Shown here: in pieces, positions 1 to 12,230 of the stretch | Position numbering within the stretch: the first letter of the stretch is position 1 | How the letters are laid out: every line of letters starts with the position of its first letter | Source: Raillietiella orientalis | Taxonomy: Eukaryota | Assembly (NCBI GenBank): GCA_036172245.1 | Contig: JAYWIR010000120.1 | Coordinates: 62,001 to 104,491, forward strand | Length of the DNA: 42,491 bases | Direction: 5' to 3' | Made by a program: the position numbers and the translations under genes | The notes under the pieces: generated by a model | Databases searched by the model: none | Seen by the model: only the letters and a program-made list of their open reading frames with translations | What the model was told of the DNA's origin: nothing

Positions 1-1907
1 TAGATGCTGAAGAGCAAGGGGCTGAGGCTGTCACCCTGCCGGATGCCACGACGAACCGGCACGCCGAACACGTGCCGGCCGCTGAAATTGATATTGATGA
101 GCGCGAAGCGCCAGCAGGAGCGCAGGTAGGTCAGAAAGACGGCCGGAAATCCCAAGCGTTCCAGGAGCTCCAGAAGGAGCTCCTGGTCGACGCAGTCGAA
201 AGCTTTACGCAAATCGACTGCGACCGCAAGGGCTCCAGGCACCGCATCTTCTTCCCGGCTTCCCTCCCTCCTATCAATAGAGAGTCCAGGACCTTCCCGA
301 CGTAGCTGCGCCTCGCGTTGCTGCAACTGCCAGAATGTGCTGGCGAGGAACAGGTTGGCCTCCAAGGTATGTCTGGGAACAGCGTATGTCTGTTCCGGAC
401 TGACCACGAAGTCCGCAATCCTTGCCAGGCGCTCAGCTCACAGTTTGGCGAGCAACTTTGCGTCCGCATTCACTACAGTGATGGGACGTCAGTTGCCAAC
501 GTTGCGCAAGTCTCCTCCCTTAGGAAGGAGACGTACTCTAGCTGACCGGAACGAGTTGGGGACAACCCCACGTTCACGGATCAGCATACATAGTTTTAGC
601 ACCAGGGGGGCCAGCTCTGCCGCGAAGTGTTGGTAGAATTCAGCTGGCAGGCCGTCTTCCCCTGGTGCTTTGTTTTTTCTCAATTTAGTGATGGCGGAGA
701 TTATCTCCTCCATTGTGAACTCTTGGAGGAAGATGTTTATTTCTTCCTCCCTCAACGCGGGAGCACCCTCTGGCAGCAAACGCTGCGCAAAGGAGCGCTC
801 TGGTGGTCTCAGCGCGTAAAGGGAGGAATAGAAATTCCGCAGAATGCGGCAAACCTGCTCTGAAGATGAGTGCTCCTGGCCTTCTTCGTCCAGCAAGCAG
901 GCAGACCCGGATTGCCAGGCCTGCCTCTCCGCTCCAGCCTTGATTTGCGCCAGGCGACGGACGTCGGGCTTGTTGGAGAAACGACGGGCCTGGAGATAGT
1001 TCCTGTCGTTCCTCACGCCTTTGCCGAAACCTGGAGGAAGTTGATGGAGGGGAAACTGGTCGCAGAACTCTCGGACTGAGCGTTTTATTTTGTCCCAGTC
1101 AGCGAGAGTCTGCAGTTCGCAACTACGCAGGAATGCGCGCAGATGTTCGCGCGCTCCTGCGAGTCGCAACCAGTCCCCCGGCAGGCGCCACGCTTCGGAG
1201 GGTGGACCTCTGTCGCGCGGATGAATGTTGATCACTAGCCGAGGGTGATCGGACAGCTCCGACGCAATTGCTCCTCGAGTCCCCATCCGCGTACACAAGT
1301 GGTTATCGAGGAACACGTGGTCGATTCTGCTTCTCGCCCCGGCTTCATCTGCCAACAAGTTGCGTGTGTGCATAGCCGCACACAACTCGTTGACCAATTG
1401 TGCTCGTATGTCGGGCGCTTCCGACAGCATGCGGACGTTGAAGTTTCCCGCTATCAGATGCGCCCGCCGCACGCCTGCTTCGACCAGCCAGTCTCGCCGC
1501 AGGGCTTCGAAGAACGCAGTGCGTTCTGCGCGCCTGTGGCTGGTGCAGGGCGCGTACAGATTCGTGACTACGAGGTCGATCGATTTTGACCACTTGAGGA
1601 CAAGTTGTCCGACTCGACCTTCCTCGTTGAACTGTGCACTGCGCACCGCATTGGCGACGTCCGGCTTCAGCAGGAAGGCCACTCCGCGGGAGTGGTCTCC
1701 TCCACCACGCCAAAGTAGCCTCCCCCCTGTGAGCCTCTCGATTTCCTGGACGTCATCTGCTCTGAGGGCATGCACCTCTTGGGGAAGTGCCAGGTCGAAT
1801 GGTCGCAGGGTGTCGGCCACGCTACGCCTCTTGCTTTCGCTACGCAGCTCGTTGACATTCCAACAGGCTATACGCAGCTGCCGGCAAGAGGCGATTCCAC
1901 GCATCAT
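1..1907 (-). pseudogene. A ORF2 (APE + RT N-half)
   Basis: WNVN, QE, NLYAP, GNFN, RIDH, SDH; KAPGEDG, KAFD, RQGDSLSP; in-frame TGA at 491-489 and 440-438. Confidence 0.92.
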
Positions 1908-3535
1908 ACTAATGATGGTGGTGGCGTGTGTATTGCCGCCTCCTGTTCGGGAGGCGGCTGGTCGTTGTCCATCTGCGGTGGTGGCGTTTCGGCAACGACC
2001 GGAACGTCTGCAGCCGGACTGGGGTCGATAGGAAGGACCGACCGGATGCTGTCGATAGAGGGATCCCGCGACCTCGCGGACATCGCCTTCTCGCTATCCG
2101 AGCGCATCTCCTCCTCCTCAGCCTGAGGGGGAGCGACGCGCATAGGGTTACGCGACTTCCAGGCCGCCTTCCTCTGCGGGAGGGCGACGGTGGGAGGGTT
2201 CCCGGCTTCTGCCTCGGACACGGAAGTTTTCGGGCCCTTCACTTCCGCCGGACGTCTGACGGCCTTCTTTGCAGCCTTTGGCGTCTGCATTAAGGTGGCC
2301 GCGAGTTCCTCCGCCGCCTTCGCGAAGTTTTTCTCGTCGCTGCTGCTCGCGTGTTTGTCGCAGGATTCCTGCGGCGGTTCGGCGGCGTTCGCGACGGTTG
2401 CGGGAGTCGCGTTCGCCGATCGACGCTCGATCGACGGAAGGCACTCGATTGTAACGCGGCATTCCTTTATGGACTCGCGCGGCGAAATTTTTGGTTTGCC
2501 GACCGCGGGTTTTTTCGGAACGCTCGCGTTCTGATTTTTGTTATTTTTTGTAGGTGTTTTTGTTTTTTTTTTTTGTGTTTCTTTTGCTTTTTTGTTTGAA
2601 ACGACTTTCCAGTTTTCCTCGTCGGCAGTTGGCTCAGAAGTCTCCTTTGGAGGCTCCTGCTCTTTGTGCACGACTTCTTCTGAGGTCGGCTGTTGGTCGC
2701 TTCTTTTTTGGTTTTCTGCCTTCTTCCCCTCATTTGTCGAAGGGGCTGAAGGCGTTGTCGCGCCGTTTTTCGGGCACACAGCACTAGTGTGGCCCTTCGC
2801 GCCGCAGGTTGGGCATGTGGAATCCGGGCATCTCTTTTTAAGATGCCCGAATGTGTTGCACAGCCCACAGTATTTTTCCTTCCTTACGTACCAGAGGTCG
2901 ACGAGCTCGTCGTTGACTTCAAGCTTGTGGGGAAGTTCTTTGTTTTCGCGGAGAGTTACGCGCGCGGCCACTCGCCCACTGAATGAGCCTCGATAAGTAA
3001 AGGCGTTGGGCTTTGACCACATCGCGTATATCTCCGCGAATTTGTTGATTTCAGTGCGGATGGCTTAATCGGTCATCCGCACCGTTGTACCCGTGAGGTG
3101 GATCACCATAGAGTGATCCACCGTGTGTGGGAGGAGATTCCGCCCTTCGAACGGAACGAGCGTGCAGAGCAGTTTGTGTGTGAGCGCTGCATCTTTGCAG
3201 ATCAGCTCCGCGAACTGCCCGCCGCTCCGAATCGAGAAGCAAAGTATCTCCTCGTTAGAGATTCCCATCCTACGGATGGCGTTTCCAAATTTCCGCGTTG
3301 TGAGCGGTGAATAAAGATTCCCTACCTTGTAAAGGAGGGCTGGGTTGTAGCCCTCCTTTATGTAGGCCTGCACTTCGGCGGCCACGTCCGGCGGAGCCGC
3401 CGCGGCCACCTTGTTCCACGCCCTCGCCGGGGTGGCGGGGGATGATTTTCTGGTGGGGCATGACCCCACCTCCATAGGTTGGGGAGACGTGGGCCTCACG
3501 TCTCCCGTCGCAGGTACTGCGGCGTCTTCAGGCAT
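1904..3535 (-). pseudogene. A ORF1 (RRM-like + 2 CCHC + low-complexity tail)
   Basis: CGLCNTFGHLKKRC and CPTCGAKGHTSAVC; frameshift near 3065; stop overlaps ORF2 start (ATGA). Confidence 0.88.
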
Positions 3536-3629
3536 TTCTGCCTTCCAACGGCCGCACTTGCAATCCACACAACACCTACTTTTGGCTTCGCTCACGGGAG
3601 CTGACCAAAAACGCGTGCGGCACCGGCGC

Positions 3630-4290
3630 AGTTCTGCCGCATTCTGCGGGATTTTTATTCCTCCCTTTACGCGCTGAGACCACCAGAGCGCTCCTCTGCG
3701 CAGCGCCTGCTGCCAGAGGGTGCTCCCGCGTTAAGGGAGGAAGAAATAAACATATTCCTCCAAGAATTCTCGACGGCGGAGATAATCTCCGCTATCACTA
3801 AAATGAAAAAGAACAAAGCACCACGGGAAGACGGCCTGCCAGCTGAATTCTACCAACACTTCGCAGCAGAGCTGGCCCCCCTGGTGCTAAAACTACGTAT
3901 GCTGATCCGTGAACGTGGGGATGTCCCCAACTCGTTCCGGTCAGCTAGAGTACGTCTCCTTCCTAAGGGAGGAGACTTGCGCAACGTTGGCAACTGGCGT
4001 CCCATTACTGTAGTGAATGCGGACGCAAAGTTGCTCGCCAAACTGTGAGCTGAGCGCCTGGCACGGGTTGCGGACTTCGTGGTCAGTCCGGAACAGACAT
4101 ACGCTGTTCCCGGACATACCTTGGAGGCCAACCTGTTCCTCGCCAGCACATTCTGGCAGTTGCAACAACGCGAGGCGCAGCTACGTCGGGAAGGTCCTGG
4201 ACTCTCTATTGATAGGAGGGAGGGAAGCCGGGAAGAAGATGCGGTGCCTGGAGCCCTTGCGGTCACAGACGATTTGCGTAAAGCTTTCGA
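3630..4290 (+). mobile_element. A' host fragment: A-family ORF2 linker/RT (QxCRIL...DLRKAFD)
   Basis: Near-identical inverted copy of about 196-855; bounded by the A 5' end and the B1 3' end. Confidence 0.9.
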
Positions 4291-4508
4291 TTTTCACCCG
4301 GATTTCCCCGGGGCGTTTATTGGAAAATAAACTTTTACAAAGACGTGCGGTGGCTGGACCATTGCTCCAGCCACGCACGAAGAAACACAGAGCCTCCCGA
4401 GTCACCGGTTCGCAGATCGGTACGGTCCACCACGGCAGCAGGGGGAAGGGGGAAAAACAAAAAGCAAAACAAAAAAGAAAAGAAAAGTTGGGAGGGTAAG
4501 GGAAGGGA

Positions 4509-7500
4509 TCAAAGTTGCTGGTGGGGCCGTTGCATCCTTTGCAGGATGCCGTTAAGCTCCTTCTGTATTTCTGGATCAAGGTGGGGCCATCGAGACGCCC
4601 TCCTCAGGAACAGGGAGGCTGGCTGGATGGCACCCTGGTCGCGTTGTCCTCCCGTAGCCTTGCACCAAGCGGTGACGATCCCGCGTAGGCAGCACAAAGC
4701 TGCTAACGAGGCCGCTGGCCGAAGGGCGTCGGCAACGAAGAGGGCTTTCAGTGCGTTCCTGGGGTTGCCGCAGGGGATTCCGATGGCCGCGGCAAAGCGA
4801 AACCAAAGGGGCCGAAGGGCAACGCAATCCACTAGCAAGTGGGGGAGGGAATCCCGTTCCCCACACCTGACGCAATTGGGGTCCATCGCTCCCCAGGTCC
4901 AGTGGTGTGGGCGGGCGTTGCAGGGGAGTCCCCAGTGCTGCAACAGGAGAGTCCACTCCTGCCATTTTAAATGGAGGGCGGAAGTGTTCATGAGCACCGG
5001 GGGCCACTTCAGATGTTCAATGGGAACATCGAGCAGCGTGCCCCAGCGCAGAAGTACATTGGGAGGCGTACTCGGGGTCGCTGCGTCTGTTAACTGGCCC
5101 GTCTTCCACTCTCCCTGCTTCTTCTCCTTCCCGGAGATTTTTATTGTAACCTCCCACTTCGCCGCAACATCGCTGTCCTGATGTTTCACTAGGGAGTCCA
5201 GCGCAGCAGCGAGGGGGGTTCTTCCTGACCACGCTCTCTCCTTAGGATCCTCCAGGATCTCGCGGAGCGTGCAACTTCTGTAACCCCCAAACAGGAACCT
5301 TCGTTCCTGTTGGGAGCGTTGCATGCGGAACTGTGCCCACGTTCGAACAATTTCCTGCAACCAGGCACTACCGTTAAACGGGCGTCAGGTGAACAATCCT
5401 GGGATTTTCCGATACAGCGCAGCCACCCTCCGTAGCTGGAGTCCGCATCGGTTGACGCGGCGACGGAGTGCAAGAAACGACGTCACTCCCGTCTTGCCGG
5501 TAGCTTGCTGGAGAAGGAGACGTGCAGGGACGCACCAACAGGTGCACCACAACTCTGGAACGAGTGCCGACAAGCGGAACTGCAGCTAAAGCTCCAGCCG
5601 CTCCAGCGTCAGGAGGCCCAGACCACCATCCCGACGAGGATCTCACAAGTCCTTTAAGCGGACTCGGGCCCTCACTTTGCCCCAAAGGGCGATACGGAGG
5701 AGGTCCTTTGTCCGCTTTTTAATCCTCTCTGTGAGGGGGCAAACAAAAAGCAGGGGCTGGTGGAAAGGAGCCGCGAACGTGTTCAAAACCGCGGCCCGTT
5801 TAGGCAGGAACAACCTGCCGCCTCGGAACGGGCCGATCGCCGTATCTACTTTTTGGAGGAAGCCATACCACGCTTCCGCAGGGGAGTAGTCCCCCAACGG
5901 CACACCAAGGTACTTGAAGTACCTCACCGTGGGGATCCCCAAACGGACCCAGTCCTGCTGCCCTGCCCACGCCGCACCAACTGGCATCACGGACGACTTC
6001 GCCCTGTTCACCGTAAGTCCGGTTCCCCGATGCAGCAGGTCGAAGAACTCCTCGACCGCCGCAGCCCGGGGTGGACATAGAAAGCAGCAGCAGAAGGTCG
6101 TCCGCGTATGCTGAAACGGCCGGCGTACCGACACAGTCGTGCGGCAGGTGCGCCAGAGTTCCCCTGTACGCTCTCAGTACCAACTCAAGGTAGGTACTGA
6201 AGAGCAAGGGACCCAGGCTGCCAACCTGCCGTATCCCACGCCGCACCGGCACGCCGTGCACGGTCTGCCCGCTGAAAGTAACATTGATGAGCGCGTCGCG
6301 CCAGCAAGAGCGCAGATAGGCCACTAATGAGGCCGGGAAGCCCAAGCGTTCTAGAAGCTCCAAAAGGAGATTCTGGTCGACGCAATCGAATGCTTTGCGC
6401 AAGTCGACTGCGACCGCAAGGGCTCTCTCCCCCACTCGACCATCCAACCCCTTGCCGGCGCACGCACCGGAATTCCGGCTGCCCACCAAGCTCCTTTCTT
6501 GTTTGAGCTCTCGCCAGGTGGAAGCGTGGAACAGGTTCGTCTCCATGCTTCGCCCGGGAACAGCATATGTCTGTTCCGGGCTGATGAAGATGTTGACAAC
6601 ACGTCCCAGACGCTCTGCCCAAACCTTAGCCAGCAACTTGGCGTCCGCATTCACTATTGTGATGGGATGCCAGTTGTTCATGCTCCTCAGATCTCCTCCC
6701 TTAGGGAGGAGCCGCACCTTTGGCGAACGAAACGAGGCGGGAACGTCACCTGTTTCGCGTATCAGCAAGGTGAGTTGCTGTACCAAACGGGTAAGCTCAG
6801 CCGCGAAAGTTCGATAAAACTCCGCGGGCAGGCCGTCCTCCCCTGGAGCCTTTCGCCTCTTGAGCTTTCCGATGGCCGAGGGGTTCTCGTCCATCGTGAA
6901 AGGCTCGTCGATGGTCTTTCTCTGCTCCTCCCCGATCGCTGAAGCGCCTTCCGGAAGCAGGAGTCGTGAGACGTTCCTCTCCGGAGGTGCCCTGGCATAC
7001 AGGGAGGAGTAGTAACTCCGCAGCAGGCCGCGGATTTGGGCAGGTGCCGAGTGCTCCTGTCCCTGATCGTCCAGTAAGCTGGCCGATCCGGACTGCCAGG
7101 CTTGCCTCTCGGCTCTTGCTTTGTATTCCGCCAGCTTGCGGATGTCGGGGGTCCTGCCGTAACGACGGGCCTGCAGGTAGGCTCGTTCGTTACGGACCCC
7201 GGTCCCAAAACCCGTGGGTAGGCGGTGCAGAGGAAACTGGTCGCAGAACTCTTGGACCGACCGCTTGAAGCGGTCCCAATCCTGGAGTGTCCGCAGACTG
7301 AAGCTCCGTATGAACGTGCGGAGATGTTCCGCCGCGTCCGTGAGCTTCAGCCAGTCCCCTGGGAGACGCAACGCTGACGAGGGGGGGCCTCTGTCGCGCG
7401 GATGGATCTCGAGGACTAGCGGGCGATGGTCGGACAGCTCGCACGGAAACTTGCCGCGCGTGCCCACGCGAGGGCACAGGTGCTCGTCAAGAAACACGTG

Positions 7501-8091
7501 GTCAATGATGTCTTCCATCCCCGGTGCACTGGCGAACAAATTACAGGTGTGCACCGCCATGCACACCTCGTTGACCAGGTCACGCTCGACATTCTGCTCA
7601 TCTGGTTTCAGGCGAAGGTTGAAATCGCCTGCAACCAGATGGGCATTCCGCACGCCTGCTTTGGTCAGCCAGTCTCGCCGGAGGGCAAGGAAAAACTCTT
7701 TCCTCGTCCTCCTGTTCATCAGGTCCTTGCCGCTCAGTGCGTACACTTTCGTGACGATCAGATCGATCGAGTCGGACGACCTGAGAGTCAGCTGGCCGAC
7801 ACGACCGTGATCGTCGAACCGCACGCCCCGAGTTGCGGCCTCGACGGCTGGCCGAAGCAGCTAGGCGACACCGCAACTTTTCGCTCTCCCACACCTGTAC
7901 CGTAGCCGCTCTCCGGAGAACCGTTTGATTTCTCGCGCTTGTTCTACAGAGATCACGTGGATCTCCTGCAGCAGCGCAAGGTCGTAGGATTCCAGAAGGG
8001 CGGCCATGTCTCGTCTCCTGCCGGCGTCTGTCATGCCGTTCACGTTCCAAACGGCGATGCGCAGACGACGGCAGGAGGAGATTCCCGGCAT
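4509..8091 (-). pseudogene. B1 ORF2 (APE-RT-Cys/His finger), frameshifted
   Basis: WNVNG, LLQE, GDFN, DHVF, SDH, KAPGEDG, DLRKAFD, YADD, FKYLG, CVRCGERDSLPHLLVDC. Confidence 0.93.
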
Positions 8092-9766
8092 TACTGCTAG
8101 GAAGATTAAGGTGTGGGGGAGCCCTACTCTTGCGAGGCGGGCGGGATGTCCATGGGGGTTTCGGCCTTCTCAGGCACCTGAGGCACCTGTTCGGCCTCCA
8201 TCCCCTCCATCCCCTCCGTGTCCGTGCGTGGGAGTCTCTCGGGCGACGGGTCTTATGAGTTTCCCACGCTCATGGCACCCCCGCTTGCGGAAGCCATCTC
8301 TTCCCCTTCGACGTGGGAGACGAGCTTCCTTGGCTTTGTGGACTTACGTCCAGCCTTCTTGAGCGGTGCCGTGGAAACGGAGGCTGCGCTTCCGGCCTCC
8401 ACCTCGGGGTCGGAAGTGGGGGAATCCTGAGGAGAGGCCGGACGCCTTAAGGCCTTCTTGCCAGCCTGGGAGGGTTCTGGCTGCAACGAGGCTGCCAGCT
8501 CCTCCGCGGCTCGCGCGAAGGCTACGTCATCGATGTTGGTGTCGTTGACGGACGCCGCCGCCGGCTCGCTCCCCTCGCTGTTGACAGTGTCAACAGAGGG
8601 GAGGTCATCGGTAGCGGCGAGTTCTTTCCGGCAGCGTTCGGCAACATGAAGAACGCGTTCGACAACGACCCTGCACTCTGTAATAATCGCGCTACCCTGC
8701 TCTTTCTTCTTCTGTTGGTAGGCGATTTTCTTTTCCATCCTCCTCTCCTTTTTGATTTTTTGGCCGTTGCCACTTGCCACCCAGTCTCCTGGCCTGCTAC
8801 CTCAACTTTTTCGGCGTTCGTCGCCGGGGTCTCGGGTGCGGCCTGGGTTTTGGGCGCGGGTAGCACAGCCTTCGCGGCAGCTTCCGCCGCCAGCGTTTTC
8901 TGCAGAAGCCGGGCGCGTTTTTTAAGGTTTCTCTTGGAAACCACCCGCACTGCTGCTTTTGGTCACACGTCCCTCGTGTGGCCCATTGTGCCGCATACTT
9001 GGCACTGCACATTGGGACACCTCTTTTTGAGGTGGCCCGACGTATTGCAGAAGCCACAGTATTTCGGCTTCCTTACATACCAGAGGTCGACGGTTTCGCC
9101 TTCGACCACCAGTTTGTGGGGAAGAGTGCAGCCCTCCCGAACGGTCACGCGCGCAGCAGTTAGGCCGTGTTGCAGCCTTGTGTAGTCCTCGAAAGGACTT
9201 ACTTTCGTCCACTGCGCGTGGACCGTTCCGAACTGTTCCAAAGCGGCGCGAACCTGTTCTTTGCGCATTCGCGCGGTGACGCCTAACAGGTGGACCACCA
9301 TGCTGCGGTGCGCCGTAGTGGGGAGGAGCCTGCGCGTCCCCATCACAATGGGGGTTTTAAGCAGTCGTTGGGCCAGCTCTGCATTTTTGCAGATGACCTC
9401 AACGTACTGACCCCCGCTGCGGATGGTCATAGCGCTGAGCTCCTCCTCTTTCACATCGAGAGCGCGCATGCCCTTCGAGAAAGCGCGCGCGCTCTCTAAA
9501 GAATATAAATTGCCGACCTTGTAGAACAATGATGGGTTGCACCCCTCCTCTACATAGGCCGAGAATTCCGCCGCGGCTGCAGGCGATGGCGCCGACACAA
9601 CGGCGCTCCACGCTTGCGCTGCAGCGGGGACCGATTCTGTGGGGGCGGATGCCCCCACCTCCATCGCCTCTGGGGGCGACGTTGCCGCCGCTTCCTGTCT
9701 CTCCATCGCCTCTGGGGGCCGCGTTGCCGCTGCCCCCTGGCCATCCTTGGTGGTCGCGTCAGACAT
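8091..9766 (-). pseudogene. B1 ORF1, frameshifted
   Basis: CGFCNTSGHLKKRC and CQVCGTMGHTR..; TAATG junction at 8093-8089. Confidence 0.88.
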
Positions 9767-9860
9767 CGCTGCCTGATCGACCACCGAACCACACGACGCT
9801 TGCACTGGGGGAGACTTCCTGGCACGAGGAGCACCGAGAAAACTCGTTCATCCTGGAGCG

Positions 9861-11978
9861 CACAAGGCATTCGACTTTATAGACCAGGAACTCCTCTTGG
9901 AGCTCCTGGGTCGCATGGGCTTCCCACCCTCCCTGATTTCCTACCTGCGCTCTTGCTGGCTGAATGCGATGATTGCTGTCTCTATCAGCGGTCACAAGGT
10001 GTATGGCGTGCCGGTGCGGCGGGGCATAAGGCAGGGAGATAGCCTCAGCCCCCTGCTCTTCAGCACCTACTTTGAGTTGGTGCTGAGAGCGTATAAGGTG
10101 AGTTTGGCTCCCTTGCCCAGCTCGTGTCCCGGCACGCCTGCCGTAGCAGCGTACGCCGACGATCTTCTGCTCTTGTTGCCAATGTCCACCCCGGCAAAGG
10201 CTGTCGGGGACTTCTTCGATCTGCTCAGTCGCGGGACCGGACTGCAGATCAACAGGGCTAAGTCGTCGGTGGTGCCAATAGGTGCGGCGTGGGCATGGCA
10301 GCAGGACTGGGTCCGTCTGGGGATCCCCATGGCGACGTGCTTCAAGTACCTTGGTTTGCCGTTGGTGGACTACTATCCTGCGAAAGCGTGGTCCAGCTGC
10401 CTTCAAAAAGTCGAGACGGCGATTGGCCCGTTCCTGGAATGCAAGTTTCACTTGCCCGAACGGGCCGCGGTTTGGAACACCTTCGAGGCCCCCATCCTCC
10501 GCCCCTTGCTTTTTGTTTGCCCCCCAACCGTAGAATCGAAGAAGAGGACAAACAAAATCCTCCTCCGTATCGCCCTTTGGGGTAAGGGGAGTCCATGAGT
10601 CCCTCTGAAGGAGTTGAGTGCTCCGCGTCCGGACGGCGGTCTTAGCCTCCCGACGCTGGAGCACGTGGAGAAGCAGCTGCGGTGGCGAACCCTCGCCATC
10701 GCAGCGAAGATGTGGAGCACCCCTTGGTGCACTCCGGCCCGCCTCCTGGCCAGCCGTGTGTCCCGGTGCGATGGACTCGCGTCTTTTCTTCTGAGCCGTC
10801 GCTGGAAGATGCGAAGATGCGGCCTACTGCTAGGGCGCATGGCAACATTTTCCAAGGAGAACAGCTGGATGGTTTGCTGCCCCGCCAACTCCCCCGCCTG
10901 GCTGGAGGAGAACATCGGAACGTGGGCAGTGGTGTACCAGAGGAGCCACGAAACGTGGAATCGTCTCCGATGCAGCCCCTACGCCCGCTGCACGCTGCGT
11001 AATCTCCTGGAGAGTCCAGCAAGATGCACGTGGGCAGAGACGACCTGCCAACTTCGGCGCTGCCCTTCCTGAGGAGGGCACTTTACAGCAGCCGGACGCC
11101 AAGTTGGCAAGTCTCCTGCTGCATTGAGGGACGCGAGAAGTTAAGTAGCGGCTGGACAACAGGAGAACTGGCCGACTCCACGACCCCGAGCGTCCAGCCG
11201 CAAGGATTAGCAGCATGGGGCGAGCTGCTCGCCATCCCCAGGGATGAGCTGAAGTGGCCCCCGGTGATGAAGGAATCCAGGATCCTGCCCCTCAAGTGGC
11301 AAGAGTCGGCGTTGCTTTTGTTGCACTGGGGTCTATCCTGCAACGCGCGCCGCTTCCACTGGACGAGGGGAGCTGTGGATCCTGCGTGTGCCAGGTGCGG
11401 GGAGCGGGAGTCGCTTCCCCACCTCTTAGTTGAATGCTCTGCCGTCCGGATTCTTTGGGATCGTCTTAAAACGGCTTTCGGGATACCGGATGGTGGCAAC
11501 GTAGGATGTGTTTACAGTCTTGTCTTCGTGCATAACGGCGTCAGTCCAGCTGCAGCCCTTGCAACACTTTGCTGCATTCGTGGTATAATGGCAGCTTGGA
11601 GTGATGTCGAAGATGAAGACTGCATCGTGAGGAACGTCATCGAGTATGCTTTTCGCTTTTTACAGAGAGCTACCCGATGGCTTCATCTAGGGAAATTGAA
11701 AATGGAACTAGAAGGCATCCTGCAAAGGATGGGCTCTCCTAGCAGTTTTCTGTGATCCCTTCCCGGCCCTCCAAACTACTTTTTCGTTTGTTTTTCTGTT
11801 TTTATTTTATTTTTGTTTTCTCCCCCATCCCCCTCCACTGCCGAGGAGAGCCACACCGGGTTGCGTCCCGGTGTCCCAGCAGTTCCTCTATTGCGTGGCC
11901 GTCAGTGGTGCCTTGTACCAGGTTCTGTACTGACTGTTGAAATGTTTTTAATAAACGTCCTGGCGTATCCGGGTGGCA
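9861..11978 (+). mobile_element. C: 3' half of a LINE (RT from HKAFD to 3' end)
   Basis: RQGDSLSP, YADD, FKYLG, CARCGERESLPHLLVEC, stop 11755, T-rich 3'UTR, AATAAA 11950. Confidence 0.92.
11950..11978 (+). terminator. 3' terminal signal: AATAAA + hairpin (representative of 7)
   Basis: AATAAACGT-CCTGG-CGTAT-CCGGG-TGGCA. Confidence 0.75.
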
Positions 11979-11988
11979 TCGCCGAAAG

Positions 11989-12230
11989 TCGGTGTGGGAG
12001 GACGTGTTTTTTGGTCGCTTCGTTAGCGCTTGTCTGAGAAGCAACCGGAGTTTTTAGTGTAATCAGGTGTAAAGTTTGGATCGTTGGTGTCCGATGGCAG
12101 CCGTGCCAGATGACACCGCGATGGATGTAGTCGTGTGGGAGGCATGTCCTCCCACACAACCTGTAGCTACGGGGGCAGCAGCCCCTGGACCGTCTGGCGG
12201 CCTCAATGTGGGGTTGCCGACTTTCCCTAC
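11989..12230 (+). mobile_element. F': 5'UTR + ORF1 start fragment related to F
   Basis: GGACGTGTTTT at 12000; ATCGTTGGTGTCCGATGGCAGC shared with 29374-29395; boundaries approximate. Confidence 0.7.

Larger units (their letters stand above)
1..3629 (-). mobile_element. LINE element A (L1/Tx1-like), intact 5' end, runs off the left edge within RT
   Basis: 5' motif GCACGCGTTTTT (3618-3607), ORF1 with two CCHC knuckles, ORF2 with APE and RT up to QGDSLSPLLF. Confidence 0.92.
4291..9860 (-). mobile_element. B1: full-length (about 5.57 kb) decayed LINE
   Basis: 5' leader CGCTCCAGGAT-GAACGAGTTTT, ORF1, ORF2, 3'UTR with AATAAA + hairpin; both ends abut KAFD codons of hosts. Confidence 0.93.

Noticed and set aside
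5800..7824. Prokaryotic RT system (retron, DGR, group II intron) because of YADD
   Set aside because: APE + RT + finger with a CCHC ORF1 and AATAAA is non-LTR architecture; no bacterial context
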